This document shows positions 40,735 through 51,972 of a DNA stretch of 64,000 nt, one piece after another (the stretch's first letter is position 1; the number at the start of each line of letters is the position of its first letter). Origin of the DNA: an uncultured delta proteobacterium (GTDB taxonomy: Bacteria; Desulfobacterota; Syntrophia; Syntrophales; Smithellaceae); the NCBI GenBank assembly GCA_963753975.1, contig CAVWEH010000002.1, forward strand, positions 416,001-480,000, in the 5' to 3' direction. Below the pieces are notes generated by a model. The model searched no databases, was not told the DNA's origin, and was given only the letters and a program-made list of their open reading frames with translations. The translations under genes were made by a program, and so were the position numbers.

Positions 40735-42549
40735 TTACGAAGCGGCCGGTTGTCCGTCAGGCAGCGCGCTGCCAATCAAAGCATCTATTTCCGCTGTATT
40801 TAACACTTCTTTTTCCAGTAGTTCCGTAGCTATCTTGTGCAGTATTTCAATATGGTCGGTGAGAAGTTTTTTTGCTTTTTCATAGTTTCGCGTGACAATA
40901 GCTACGACTTCTTCATCGATATTTTTTGCCGTTTCTTCGCTGTAATCCTTATGCGTGGCAAATTCGCGTCCTAGAAAGATTTGCTCTTCTTTTTTGCCGT
41001 AGCTCAACGGCCCCAGTTTATCGCTCATGCCCCATTCGCAGACCATTTTCCTGGCCAGATTCGTCGCCCGCTCGATATCGTTGCCCGCACCGGTAGTAAA
41101 ATCATGCAAAATTATTTCTTCAGCAGCTCGTCCGCCTAATAAAATCGCAATGTTATTATCCAAATACTCGCGGGGATAGGTATGTTTTTCATCAATCGGT
41201 AACTGCTGGGTCAAACCCAATGCCCGGCCCCGGGGAATGATTGTAACTTTATGGATCGGATCCGTTCCCGGTATCAAACGCGCAACCAGGGTATGGCCTG
41301 ATTCATGATAAGAGGTGTTGCGCTTTTCCTCATCGCTAATCACCATGCTTTTTCTTTCCGTTCCCATTAAAATTTTATCCTTGGCAAATTCGAAATCGCT
41401 CATATTGACTTTTTCTTTATTATCCCGGGCGGCATTGAGCACTGCTTCGTTAATGAGATTTTCTATATCGGCTCCGGACGTTCCCGGTGTTCCGCGGGCC
41501 AAAACCGCAAAATCAACATCTTCCGCAATCGGCGCTTTGCGGGCATGAACTTCAAAGATTTTTTCCCTGCCCTTTATATCCGGAAGCGGCACGACAACCT
41601 GCCGGTCAAATCGGCCCGGACGCAGTAATGCCGGATCGAGAACATCGGGTCGGTTGGTAGCGGAAATAAGGATCACGCCTTCATTAGATTCAAAGCCGTC
41701 CATTTCTACGAGGAGTTGATTTAGGGTCTGCTCCCTTTCATCATGCCCTCCTCCGAGACCCGCGCCGCGATGACGGCCGACGGCATCGATTTCATCGATA
41801 AATATTATGCAGGGAGCATTCTTTTTTGCCTGACTGAACAAATCGCGGACACGGGAGGCGCCCACACCGACGAACATTTCGACAAAATCGGAGCCGCTGA
41901 TGCTTAAAAACGGCACTTCCGCTTCACCGGCAATTGCCCGGGCTAAAAGCGTTTTGCCCGTCCCTGGCGGGCCAATTAACAGCAATCCTTTGGGAATTCT
42001 CCCTCCTAACCTCGTATATTTCTTGGGATCTTTTAAGAAATCGATGACTTCCTCTAACTCCGCCTTGGCCTCATCGATGCCGGCGACGTCGGCAAAGGTA
42101 ACTTTTTTCGACTTATCGGTAATTAAACGCGCCCTGCTTTTGCCGAAGGACATTGCTTTCCCGCCGCCAGCCTGCATCTGACGCATGAAAAAAATCCAGA
42201 CGCCGATCAGGAGAATCATCGGAAACCAGGAAACCAAAACAGTTACATACCAGGGTGACTCATCCAGCGGTTTGGCGGTAATTTTCACACCTTTTTCTCT
42301 AAATTCTGTCACCAGCTTATCGTCTTTGGGAGCATACGTTTTAAAAATATTCCCGTTAGCGAGCTTGCCGGTAATATTTTCTCCCTGGATGGTTACTTCA
42401 CTGATTTCCCCTTTATCCAGATAGGAGAGCATCTCGCTATAAATTAAGTCTTTCTGCCCCGGTTTTGGTTGATTAAAAAGCTGCCAAACAAGCAAAAAGA
42501 CGAGCAGTAAGGTAAGCACAAGAGCAACATTTTTTTGCGACTGATTCAA
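40735..42549 (-). CDS. ftsH: ATP-dependent zinc metalloprotease FtsH
   Basis: Two TMs, [21 protein letters not shown]. Confidence 0.97.
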   Translation of the reverse strand: MNQSQKNVALVLTLLLVFLLVWQLFNQPKPGQKDLIYSEMLSYLDKGEISEVTIQGENITGKLANGNIFKTYAPKDDKLVTEFREKGVKITAKPLDESPWYVTVLVSWFPMILLIGVWIFFMRQMQAGGGKAMSFGKSRARLITDKSKKVTFADVAGIDEAKAELEEVIDFLKDPKKYTRLGGRIPKGLLLIGPPGTGKTLLARAIAGEAEVPFLSISGSDFVEMFVGVGASRVRDLFSQAKKNAPCIIFIDEIDAVGRHRGAGLGGGHDEREQTLNQLLVEMDGFESNEGVILISATNRPDVLDPALLRPGRFDRQVVVPLPDIKGREKIFEVHARKAPIAEDVDFAVLARGTPGTSGADIENLINEAVLNAARDNKEKVNMSDFEFAKDKILMGTERKSMVISDEEKRNTSYHESGHTLVARLIPGTDPIHKVTIIPRGRALGLTQQLPIDEKHTYPREYLDNNIAILLGGRAAEEIILHDFTTGAGNDIERATNLARKMVCEWGMSDKLGPLSYGKKEEQIFLGREFATHKDYSEETAKNIDEEVVAIVTRNYEKAKKLLTDHIEILHKIATELLEKEVLNTAEIDALIGSALPDGQPAAS

Positions 42550-42645
42550 GATTTTTCCCCTTAAATTAGTTATCCGGATTTATCCTTATAATAATATCCA
42601 ATTTAACTCAAATAATTTCTGATGATTCCATAAAACCACGCCTGG

Positions 42646-44040
42646 TTAACTTGGCGCTTTTTTATGAGCAATAATTTCCAATTCTAGAATATTTTTTGTG
42701 TCCTCGGTTATTTTAACGCGGTCGCTCAGGTGCATCTTCTCGATCCAGACTACGGAAATCCGATCGGCAATCAGCATAATTTCATCGCGCTCATTCCGCG
42801 GAATTTTGCGATCAATAAAAAATGTTTTGATCTTTTTGCGCCCCTTCATACCCAAGGGCTGAAACCAATCTCCATCTCTTCTATTGCGCAATATCAAAGG
42901 TCGACTAATCTTATCCAAATCCATATAAACTTTATTTTCACTTCCGCAATCAATATAATCTATATTTATGGTTTGTAAATGGAAAGTCACGTTGCGATCT
43001 TTAATATTAATAGAATCCGGAATTTTCATAGTGTATTCATATTTTATGCGTTTTAGGGATGCCTTCTTTCTTTCCAGAATTAAATTGTCATATTCGCGCC
43101 GGGCTTCGATGCCGAAAGGAAGAGAAACTTTTTTCCCTGACCCTTTCCTTTGTGCCAAATTTTCCAAAGATTTTATATGAATAAAAGAAAACCCGTTTTT
43201 TTCCGGGTTTAGACTTTCCGAGAGAGCCTTAAAAAATCTCCGCCGTACGGCCAGGGGCAGTTTGTTTATGTAAGTGATATTTAATGAAATTAGATTTTTC
43301 TTCCTTTGAATGTATGGAGAATCCATAGCTTCCAGGGCGTACTGCCCGATGAATTCATCTTCGTTGCGCAGTATTTCCGCCGTTTGCGCCAGATTCTCTT
43401 CAATCTTAGGATTAAACTTTTCTTTTATATAAGGAATCAATTCCCCGCGAATTTTATTGCGTAGATATTGCTTGCTTTCGTTGGAGCTATCCCGGCGATA
43501 TTGAATTCCTCTCGCATTTAAAAAAGCAATAATTTCCCGACGGGATACTTCAATCAGCGGACGAATGTATCTACCTTCCCGCATGGGCAGAATACCTTTG
43601 AGACCTTCCATACCGCTGCCGCGCAAGAGATTAAGCAAAACAGTTTCGGCCTGATCCTGCAAGTTATGCCCTAAAGCAATTTTTTTCGCCCGCTGCTCTT
43701 GGGCAACTTTATTTAAGAAGCTATACCTTTGACGCCGGTAATAATCCTCCGGTGAAACACCCCTCTCCACTCCGGTTTTATCTATTTTGCGTGCAACAAA
43801 AGCCACGCCCATTTTTTTCGACAACTCACGGGAATATTTTTCGTCTTCGTTTGATTCCTCCCCCCGCAACCCGTGATTGAGATGGGCAGCTATCAAATTA
43901 AATCCACTTTTCTCGGCAATTTGGGTAAGAATTACTAAAAGCGCCGTAGAATCCGGGCCGCCGGATAGGGCGACCACCACCTTATCGCCTTTATCGAGCA
44001 GATTGTATTTTTCTATGGTTTGCTTAACTTTGTTAATCAT
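42646..44040 (-). CDS. tilS: tRNA(Ile)-lysidine synthetase
   Basis: SGGPDS, HNLQDQAET, IRPL, DSSN, RNKIR. Confidence 0.95.
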   Translation of the reverse strand: MINKVKQTIEKYNLLDKGDKVVVALSGGPDSTALLVILTQIAEKSGFNLIAAHLNHGLRGEESNEDEKYSRELSKKMGVAFVARKIDKTGVERGVSPEDYYRRQRYSFLNKVAQEQRAKKIALGHNLQDQAETVLLNLLRGSGMEGLKGILPMREGRYIRPLIEVSRREIIAFLNARGIQYRRDSSNESKQYLRNKIRGELIPYIKEKFNPKIEENLAQTAEILRNEDEFIGQYALEAMDSPYIQRKKNLISLNITYINKLPLAVRRRFFKALSESLNPEKNGFSFIHIKSLENLAQRKGSGKKVSLPFGIEARREYDNLILERKKASLKRIKYEYTMKIPDSINIKDRNVTFHLQTINIDYIDCGSENKVYMDLDKISRPLILRNRRDGDWFQPLGMKGRKKIKTFFIDRKIPRNERDEIMLIADRISVVWIEKMHLSDRVKITEDTKNILELEIIAHKKAPS

Positions 44041-44069
44041 CTTTATTCCCGCGTCCCTGCCAACCACGT

Positions 44070-44426
44070 TGGCGGGATTGTTCCTCTTACGCTTCGAGCT
44101 TCACTTTATTCGTTCTCAGCGATAGTCACGATCGCTTCGCTTCTAAAAGTTGAGTCTCATTACTTCACTACGCTCGTTTGCAGCAAGATTCACAATCGCT
44201 TCGCTCCTGGGATAATTTCCAATAGCCAAAGGCTATTGGATACCACTGTATGCTTTGCATACAGGATAATTCCACTTGCGCTTCGAGCTTCACTTCATTC
44301 GCTCTTAGCGAGTGTCATTAATTCGACTAGAAAACTTCAATACGCCTATAGTGACCTTTAGGTTATCTGCTTTTGAAGTTTAAGTCTCATTACAACTAAC
44401 GCTTCCTATAGTCAGCGAGTTTCATT
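44070..44426. repeat. Mosaic intergenic repeat cluster
   Basis: 44331-44398 matches 50794-50861 at 64/68 nt; 44209-44242 matches 50750-50783; recurring CGCTTCGCT and GAGTCTCATTA motifs. Confidence 0.75.
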
Positions 44427-45074
44427 AATCAAATAACAAATTGACTTCCAAAAGGCTATCGCAATAATAATCGGCTTTAAGACTCAGCAAATCCTGCCTA
44501 TTTCCCAGACCGTTTAAATAAGAGCAGCTCATTATCCCGGAATTCTTAGCGATAGCAATATCGTTAACGCCATCGCCGATAATGACGGTCTTTTTTTTCG
44601 CTGTTCCATACTTATTCAATAAATAATCGATTAAACGCGGATCCGGTTTTTGATACGGCGTGGAATCCGCTCCAATTATTTCCGCAAAATAGCTCTCTAT
44701 ATTCAATCCCTGGGCGATGGCCTGAGCGTGAATTTAAAACGCTTATTCGTCAGGATAACTTTCAGCTTGTCTTTAAAATGTTTCAAGACATCTTCGGCAT
44801 ACGGACGAAGCCGGGTATTGTCCAGAAGATGTTCGGTGTAATAATCACTAAAAATCCGCATTGCTTTTTCCCGGTATTTTATATGATCTTGTCCCAACGC
44901 TTTTTCGATTAAATGGTCGATACCATCGCCGACAAAGCTGATGATTTCTTCCTCCGATCGGCCTTCAAGATCCAGCGCTTTCAAAGTAAAATTTATTCCC
45001 TGAGTCAAATCAGTGCTACTGGAAACAAGGGTGCCATCGAAATCAAATATCATTAAATCTACTTTTTTCATCAT
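44425..45074 (-). CDS. HAD family hydrolase (phosphoglycolate phosphatase-like); frameshift near 44710
   Basis: FDFDGTL, LTNK, QKPDP, IGDGVND. Confidence 0.88.
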
Positions 45075-45193
45075 ATTTCCTGCGGTATATATAGCGAAGT
45101 GCCTCGACAAACACAAGTTTGTTCCCATAAAAATAGTTTGACTACGTTCGTGGCCTATGTTATTAAGAACGCCACCGCTTGGATCCTTAATTA

Positions 45194-45266
45194 TCGACTG
45201 AGACGGTATTAATTTATAATTACACTGTCGAAAAAAGGTCTTCCTTTTGCGGAAGGCCTTTTTTAT
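45194..45266 (+). promoter_or_regulatory. Leader hairpin and intrinsic terminator upstream of pantothenate genes (pan RNA motif candidate)
   Basis: TCGACTGAGACGGT...ACTGTCGA stem, then AAGGTCTTCC/GGAAGGCCTT and a T-run just before the start codon. Confidence 0.55.
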
Positions 45267-45279
45267 TTATATTTGAACG

Positions 45280-46182
45280 ATGAGAAAAGAATATTCTAGA
45301 AAATTTGCCATACTCGGCCTCGGCATGGTGGGAACTGCCATTGGCTATTTACTTACAAAAGCCGGCTATGAAATTGCCGCCGTTTTCGACAAATCTCCCT
45401 CTGCTTTAAAAAGAGCCATGCTTTATACCGGGGGTAGGGCTTCGCATACGTCTCGCGAAGCCTTAGAGAAAGCTGATTTTATTTTAATTACTACCCCCGA
45501 TGATATCATTTCTTCTGTTTGCCGGGAGATTACTCTTTCTCCGGCAATAGAGGGGAAATTTGTTTTCCACATGAGCGGCGCCGGCGGACTTGATCTTCTG
45601 GAGGCCGCCGGGAAAGCCGGCGCAGTTATCGCCAGTATTCATCCTTTGCAGAGTTTCTCTTCCATCGATCAGGCCATACAAAATATCCCCGGAAGCTATT
45701 TTGGAATTACGGCAGATAAAAAAGCAGGGATGATTGCCAAAAAAATTGTCCGCGATTTGGGCGGCATCCCGCTTTTTATTTCCAACGAGCAAAAGCCCCT
45801 CTACCATGCCGCTGCCTGTTTTGCATCCAATTACCTGGTTTCTTTGATGAGCGTTGTAGAATCAATTTATCGGGCTATCGGCTTTACTGAAAAAGAGGCA
45901 AAAAAAGCCTATCTGCCGCTGGTTTACGGCAGCCTCAAAAACATCGAACGCTCCGGTTCCATTCAGGCGCTTACCGGCCCTATCGCCCGCGGCGATTGCG
46001 GACCTGTCGAAAAACATTTAGCCGCAATTGATGAAATATTGCCCCAATATTCTACTTTGTACCGCTGTCTGGGATCAATAGCTCTTCAAGTCGCGCAACA
46101 AAAAGGCAACCTGAATCAACGTCAGGCAAAAAAAATCAACGATCTTTTGAAAGGAGTTTCAAACAATGAGCAGTCAAAATAA
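45280..46182 (+). CDS. Rossmann-like/DUF2520 protein (PanG-type ketopantoate reductase candidate)
   Basis: [37 protein letters not shown]; overlaps panB. Confidence 0.85.
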   Translation: MRKEYSRKFAILGLGMVGTAIGYLLTKAGYEIAAVFDKSPSALKRAMLYTGGRASHTSREALEKADFILITTPDDIISSVCREITLSPAIEGKFVFHMSGAGGLDLLEAAGKAGAVIASIHPLQSFSSIDQAIQNIPGSYFGITADKKAGMIAKKIVRDLGGIPLFISNEQKPLYHAAACFASNYLVSLMSVVESIYRAIGFTEKEAKKAYLPLVYGSLKNIERSGSIQALTGPIARGDCGPVEKHLAAIDEILPQYSTLYRCLGSIALQVAQQKGNLNQRQAKKINDLLKGVSNNEQSK

Positions 46183-46984
46183 AGGAAGCCGCAAGACAAC
46201 GGCTGATATAAAAAAAATGAAGGCGCAGGGTGAAAAGATCACCGTGCTTACGGCTTATGACTATCCCCTGGCTTCGCTGCTCGAGGAATGTAATATCGAT
46301 ATGATCCTGGTCGGCGACTCACTGGGAATGGTTGTTCTTGGTTACGATACTACTCTGCCTGTCACTATGGAAGATATGCTACACCACACGAAAGCAGTCT
46401 CCCGGGCCGCCGCTAATTCCTTGATTATTGCCGACATGCCTTTTATGTCTTATCAGGTCTCCCGAGAATTAGCGCTCACCAATGCCGGCCGCTTTTTGCA
46501 GGAGGCTGGCGCCCAGGCGGTCAAATTAGAAGGTGGCAGAGAACAAGCCGAGACCGTGCGAAGAATCGTTGCCGCGGGAATTCCGGTTATGGCCCATCTC
46601 GGTCTCACGCCTCAATCCATTCATCAAATTGGCGGATTCAAGGTACAGGGGAAAAATGAAGATTCAGCTCACAGAATTATCGAAGACGCAAAAATTCTGG
46701 AAGAAGCAGGCGCCTTCTCGCTGGTTTTGGAATGCATCCCGGAAAAGCTCGCTTCCGAAATAACCAATTCTCTTACCATTCCCACGATCGGTATCGGTGC
46801 GGGTGTCAATTGCGACGGCCAGGTTCTCGTAATTAACGATATGCTGGGAATATACGATAGATTTACTCCTAAACATGTAAAAAAGTACGCCAACTTGAAT
46901 TTGGAAATAAAAAAAGCAGTTGAAACTTATATTGCGGAAGTAAAGAACGGCGTTTTCCCCGATAGTGAACACAGCTTCAAATAG
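46166..46984 (+). CDS. panB: 3-methyl-2-oxobutanoate hydroxymethyltransferase
   Basis: [33 protein letters not shown]. Confidence 0.97.
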   Translation: MSSQNKGSRKTTADIKKMKAQGEKITVLTAYDYPLASLLEECNIDMILVGDSLGMVVLGYDTTLPVTMEDMLHHTKAVSRAAANSLIIADMPFMSYQVSRELALTNAGRFLQEAGAQAVKLEGGREQAETVRRIVAAGIPVMAHLGLTPQSIHQIGGFKVQGKNEDSAHRIIEDAKILEEAGAFSLVLECIPEKLASEITNSLTIPTIGIGAGVNCDGQVLVINDMLGIYDRFTPKHVKKYANLNLEIKKAVETYIAEVKNGVFPDSEHSFK

Positions 46985-47069
46985 CTATCAGGAAAAAAAC
47001 AGCAACCGAAATTTGCAATACCGATTCGCCTCTCATTTTTCAGCTTTTATGCAAAGGTCATTCGCGATA

Positions 47070-48131
47070 TTAACCTGGAGAAATTATTATCTTCGCATTT
47101 TCCCGTAACTTTTTTATCAGAGCCGTAAAAGCATCAGCTTGCTTCTGTTTTTCCAGATAATCTGAAATTTTGCTTTTGACTTCTTCCAGAGCTATTGTTT
47201 TCTGCGGATTATGCTCTAAAACCTGAATAATGTGATATCCGTAGTCCGTCGTTATGACGGGGCCGATTACATTTTTTTCCTGCGAGAAGGCGGCGTTTTC
47301 AAAAGGTTCTACCGTCTGCCCCTTAGTAATATTACCCAGATCACCGCCTTTGTCCTTGCTGGGGCAATCGGAATTTTTACGGGCAACTTCGGCAAAATCA
47401 GCGCCATCTATAATTTGCTGGCGCAAATTTTCCATTTTTGCTTTCTTTTCCGCTTTTACTTTATCGTCGTCCCCTTTGTTAATTAACACAAGGATGTGAC
47501 GAACGTGAACATTTTCCGGAACAGTGAACTTATCAATGTTATCGCTATAAAATTTGTTTATTTCCTTTTGTGACGGTTTGGCATTATCGCCCAGTTCCAT
47601 AAGCACGATCTTTTTGACCTTGATGTCGGAAGCTAAGGCCTTATTAAGTTCCTCCATGGTTAAATTATTTTCTTTGAGAAAATCCGCAAACTTTTTATTC
47701 GCCGGAAGATTCGCCTTTATTTTGTTTATTGATTCATTAATTTCTTTTTCATCGGCTTCAATTTTTCTCTTTTCTATTTCATTGTTCAATACCGTGCGGA
47801 TGATGAAATTTTCCAACAATTGTTTCTTAAAGCTAGCTTTAACTTCTTTAGTTTTACCTTTGGGAATCTTGTCTTTATAAACTTTCATCAGCGCTTTTAC
47901 ATCTGTTTCCAACTGTGCTTTTTTTAAAACTTTCCCGTCAACGCTGACAGCTATATCGCCTGTTTCGGCTTGTTTAGCTATGTCAGCCTGGGTAGCGCTG
48001 GAAGTTTGAATCTGGTTTGTACCTGCTGCCGGAACCGGATTTTCTTTCTTTTCTTTATTATCGCCGCAACCTGATACAAAAATAAATAAGATGAAAATCG
48101 CTATCCAGCTTTTATTGATTATGTCTTTCAT
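47070..48131 (-). CDS. Parvulin-type peptidyl-prolyl isomerase lipoprotein (PrsA/SurA-like)
   Basis: VSGC lipobox, VRHIL, SDCPSKDKGGDLG, GYHII. Confidence 0.9.
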   Translation of the reverse strand: MKDIINKSWIAIFILFIFVSGCGDNKEKKENPVPAAGTNQIQTSSATQADIAKQAETGDIAVSVDGKVLKKAQLETDVKALMKVYKDKIPKGKTKEVKASFKKQLLENFIIRTVLNNEIEKRKIEADEKEINESINKIKANLPANKKFADFLKENNLTMEELNKALASDIKVKKIVLMELGDNAKPSQKEINKFYSDNIDKFTVPENVHVRHILVLINKGDDDKVKAEKKAKMENLRQQIIDGADFAEVARKNSDCPSKDKGGDLGNITKGQTVEPFENAAFSQEKNVIGPVITTDYGYHIIQVLEHNPQKTIALEEVKSKISDYLEKQKQADAFTALIKKLRENAKIIISPG

Positions 48132-48248
48132 TAAGTTCCTCCCCCAATTACCAATGGCCACTTTTTGATTTAAAGAATTTATATATGTAAAATGTACATA
48201 CCCGTCAAGAAGATTATCCTGAATTTTCGATTTTTATCTATCTTATCG

Positions 48249-49604
48249 TCATGTTATTGTCCGTAAATATTGTAATATCTTCATCTGATCCTCCAGTTCG
48301 GGAATTTTTTCCTCTAAATTTAAATTAAGCTCAGCCATCCCCTGCAGGGAAAGAATACGGTTTAAAGCTACAAACATATTGATTTGAGGATAGACTTCGT
48401 AAGTAAAATAGTTAATCAATTTTAAAGTTTTAAAACCATCAAACCAATTATTAAAATGACGGATAAGCGTTCTTTCATCTTTTACATTGCGGCGTATTTT
48501 TGACCAAACAGCGGCAAAGCGGCAATTTTCCAGGAAAGTCGCGAGCTTTGGATGTATACGCCGAGCCTCCGTCAAAAGCTCATATTCACTAAAATTATAC
48601 GGATTTTTCATAAGTTCCAGCCAGCGGGCCAGGATGACGAATATTTGCGGGTCGTATAAAAGATATTCCTGCTCTTTTCCGGAGAGGAATCTTTGCACTC
48701 GGCTACCCGTTCCAAAAGGAACACGCGTGGAAGGGCGCGCCGAAGGATAAACGCATGTCTCTTTAATATAACCAATTTCACCTATTTTGGCCAGTTTACT
48801 GAGAAAATAAAAATCCTCTCCCGCTTCACGTTTGTTCATTCCTCTTACTTCCGCATAAGCTTCTGTTGAAGTTATTATAGTCGAACCTATGGAATGGAAT
48901 GCCCAGGGAGATTGCGCGTATTTTAAGCCCAGCACAAAGTAGCGTAAAAATATTTCATAGCAGCAAATCGCCGCTTTTTCTTCATAATTCAACGGCGTCT
49001 GATGCTCATAAGAGATGATTGCTGCTTTGACTTTTTGCGTAAAATATTTTTTTATTACGGACAAATAATTCTTTTGCACCAAAGTATCGGCATCCAGACT
49101 GAAAATTAGATTACGCTCGGCGGAATCGTTTCTCAGCAATTGCAAAGCTGCATCCATGCCGATTTTTCGCGCCATCCCCACGCCGCCGACGCTTTGCGGC
49201 ACCTCGCGGCCTTTCGACGAAGCGTCAATATAACCGAGCTTTAATTTCGTTTCGGCCAATAATTGTAAAATGTGATTTAATCCCTCGTCAGAACCCGATC
49301 TTCTCAAAGGCTTTCTTTTCACCAATGCTTCCAGATAATTCATTGTGTCCAGATTGTTGGTTATTGCTGACGGGGGCGAATCGCTTTTATTATTAATTAC
49401 ACACAAGATAAAAGAATGTTCCAAGGATGAAGGTTCATTTATTGCGATAGAAGCCAAAGTGGAAAAAAGCATTTCTTTTTCCGCATAAGCCGGTATTACG
49501 ACGACTTGCGTAATATTTTCCGTATTATTGGCAATTAAATTCCATTTTCCAACTGTTGAATAATTTTGCAGATAAGTATCAATCAAAAAAGGTTTATTCA
49601 TCAC
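48249..49604 (-). CDS. Glycosyltransferase family 2-like protein
   Basis: VVIPAYAE, GVGMARKIGMD, LDADT, AGEDFYFL. Confidence 0.8.
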   Translation of the reverse strand: MMNKPFLIDTYLQNYSTVGKWNLIANNTENITQVVVIPAYAEKEMLFSTLASIAINEPSSLEHSFILCVINNKSDSPPSAITNNLDTMNYLEALVKRKPLRRSGSDEGLNHILQLLAETKLKLGYIDASSKGREVPQSVGGVGMARKIGMDAALQLLRNDSAERNLIFSLDADTLVQKNYLSVIKKYFTQKVKAAIISYEHQTPLNYEEKAAICCYEIFLRYFVLGLKYAQSPWAFHSIGSTIITSTEAYAEVRGMNKREAGEDFYFLSKLAKIGEIGYIKETCVYPSARPSTRVPFGTGSRVQRFLSGKEQEYLLYDPQIFVILARWLELMKNPYNFSEYELLTEARRIHPKLATFLENCRFAAVWSKIRRNVKDERTLIRHFNNWFDGFKTLKLINYFTYEVYPQINMFVALNRILSLQGMAELNLNLEEKIPELEDQMKILQYLRTIT

Positions 49605-50509
49605 AGAAATTTCATTACGGTTTCTTTCAATAAAGGATAGTTATTGGCCGGAATCCAGTGAATAACTATCCCCTTTTTCTCCATCCGCCGAAACCACGTT
49701 TCCTGTCTTTTGGCAAATTGATGGATGCTGGTATTTAATTTATTTATCATTTCGTCAAAAGTAATTTTGTTTTGCAGGTATTGAGAAATAAAACGATACT
49801 CCAAACCGAAGCTCTCCAATTTTTCCCAGGCTAATCCGGCGGAATGCAGGTTTTTTACTTCTTCCATCATCCCCTGCGCCAGCCTTTCTTTCAGCCGCGA
49901 CGTAATACGCTTTCGCAAGACTGACCTTTCCCAGCTTACGCCCAGCACGACGGCATCTATATTCGGCTTCTCTTGTTGCTCTTCACCTTTTACAGCGCGT
50001 GCTCTTTCAATCTCGATTGCCCGGATTAGCCTCTCCGGATCATCAAGATCGGTCTTATTGTGCAGGCGCGGCTTGAACACCCGGAGTATTTCCTGCAGTT
50101 CTTTTTTCGATTGGCGGCTTAATATTTTTCGTAATTCGTAATCAGGCGGGGCTTCGGGCATATTATAGCCGGTCAGTACTGATTCCAAATAAAGTCCCGT
50201 TCCCCCGACCATAATCGGCATAATTTTCTTCCGGCGGAGCTCGGTAAATATTTTATAGAATCTATTTTGAAACTCAAATAAGCTAAATTCTCTCTGAGGA
50301 TCTATGATATCTATCAGGTGACAGGGAATTTTCCTACCGCAGATAAGATACTCGTTTAAATCTTTCCCTGTCCCGATATCCATGCCTTTATAAATCTGGC
50401 GGGAATCGGCGGAAATTATTTCCCCCTGCAAATCATAGGCAAGTCGAACCGCCAGTTGAGTCTTACCCGAGGCGGTCGGGCCCAAAATCACAATCAAATT
50501 TTTCGCCAT
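49601..50509 (-). CDS. miaA: tRNA dimethylallyltransferase
   Basis: GPTASGKT, DSRQIY, VGGTGLY, FAKRQETW. Confidence 0.95.
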   Translation of the reverse strand: MAKNLIVILGPTASGKTQLAVRLAYDLQGEIISADSRQIYKGMDIGTGKDLNEYLICGRKIPCHLIDIIDPQREFSLFEFQNRFYKIFTELRRKKIMPIMVGGTGLYLESVLTGYNMPEAPPDYELRKILSRQSKKELQEILRVFKPRLHNKTDLDDPERLIRAIEIERARAVKGEEQQEKPNIDAVVLGVSWERSVLRKRITSRLKERLAQGMMEEVKNLHSAGLAWEKLESFGLEYRFISQYLQNKITFDEMINKLNTSIHQFAKRQETWFRRMEKKGIVIHWIPANNYPLLKETVMKFL

Positions 50510-50659
50510 ATTTTAGCTGCCCATATCCAATACATATATCTTTATGCTTAGTTTATTTTTGGGCCAAAAGAAGAGCGGCGGCGTTTTATAACCAGCTCAG
50601 CGCTTTTCCACTTTGGGAAATTTTATTTACGGCAGGATAATGCGGCTGCAAGTTTAAGC

Positions 50660-51092
50660 ATGTGTGACCTCTTGTGACCTTCAGGTTATTAGATTATGCA
50701 CTTCATTTTTGAAAACTCGAGCCTCATTATCCCCATTCGCTCCGCTCAGGGGATAATTTCCAATAGCCACCGGCTATTGGATAATTCGGCTATAAAACTT
50801 CAATGCGCCTATAGTGACCTTTAGGTTATTTGCTTTTGAAGTTTTAGTCTCATTACAGCTAGCAGATATTTCTGTACTGCGCTTGAAACATCTGAGTTTC
50901 ATTGATTCGTCCAACAAATTTCAGCGCGTCCATTATCCCGATAAGCTTCGCTATCGGGATTAATTCGGCTCGCGAGCATTATTTCGCTATGCTTGTAATG
51001 TTTGAGTCTCATTATCCCTCGTCGCTTCGCTCCTGGGATAATTCGTCCATCAAATTTCAGCGCGCTTCGCTTCTGAAATTTGGGACTCATTA
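50660..51092. repeat. Mosaic intergenic repeat cluster, same family as 44070-44426
   Basis: Several GAGTCTCATTA-type units, GTGACCTTTAGGTTAT core and short GC hairpins. Confidence 0.75.
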
Positions 51093-51122
51093 AAAAAAAT
51101 GCCCCATCTTCTGGGGCATTTT
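51092..51122 (-). terminator. Intrinsic terminator of the cold-shock gene
   Basis: AAAATGCCCCA/TGGGGCATTTT hairpin with a T-run on the minus strand. Confidence 0.75.
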
Positions 51123-51153
51123 CCATTCAAATTAAGTTTATTAATTGGAATTA

Positions 51154-51354
51154 TTATAGCGGCTGAACATTCGTTGCGCTGGGACCTTTGTTTCCTTGTT
51201 CAATATCGAAACGAATTCTTTGACCCTCATAAAGAGTCTTAAATCCTGTTCCTGCAATGGCGCTATAATGAACAAAAACATCTCCACCTTCGTCGTTTTC
51301 AATAAACCCAAAACCCTTCTTCTCGTTGAACCACTTCACTTTTCCTTCTGCCAA
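51154..51354 (-). CDS. cspA: Cold-shock protein
   Basis: [25 protein letters not shown] start. Confidence 0.95.
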   Translation of the reverse strand: MAEGKVKWFNEKKGFGFIENDEGGDVFVHYSAIAGTGFKTLYEGQRIRFDIEQGNKGPSATNVQPL

Positions 51355-51764
51355 AGCTAAAACCCCCCTTTCAAATATTTGCTTCTCGCCGGATAAAATC
51401 CCCGAGAAACTAAAAAAACCGCACGAATTCCGTTTCTCACTTCAAGAATTCCTTGCGGTTAATTTTTTTCTTCCCAAAACTCAACACTAACTACTTCCTG
51501 ACAAAAGTCGCCCTTACAATCCATAATAATATTGCGACTTTCCGACATTCGATTATTTCGTAGCACTATTTTTCTTCAAAATCAAGTTTTTTTCGCAATT
51601 TTTATTTGTGAAACTCCAATTCTAATGAAACTCAGATATTATCCCGTTACGGGATGTCGTGTCTTTGAAAATAGCCTCTGGCTCCTTTCAGAGGTGCTCC
51701 ACAAATGCAGTAAAGCAATATCTGTAAGTTGAATTATCCCACGTGCGAAGCTAAGTGGGACTAC

Positions 51765-51961
51765 ATTGTAATGAGACCAAGTTTCAGAAACAAAGTTCAT
51801 AACCTAATAACCTGAAGGTCACAAGAGGTCACGTCGCCGCTGAAATTTGCATTCGACTTATACCGCTTGGAAGCGGTGAACAATCCGTTTAGCGGAGGGT
51901 ATAACGCCCCGCAGCTTGCTGCGAATCGATCCCAAAACTTGCTTTGGGGTTCATACCCGTG
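51765..51961. repeat. Inverted copy of the mosaic repeat plus a REP-like palindrome
   Basis: 51804-51832 is the exact reverse complement of 50664-50692; 51932-51961 resembles the reverse complement of 56296-56325. Confidence 0.7.
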
Positions 51962-51972
51962 ATTTTTTTTAT

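Noticed and set aside
44020..44361. ORFs 44020-44361, 50899-51126, 50902-51093 and 51532-51732
   Set aside because: They lie in repeat-rich or regulatory intergenic DNA and have no protein-like features
50660..51092. Possible CRISPR array (also 44070-44426)
   Set aside because: Repeats are degenerate and irregularly spaced, intervening sequences recur elsewhere, and there are no cas genes
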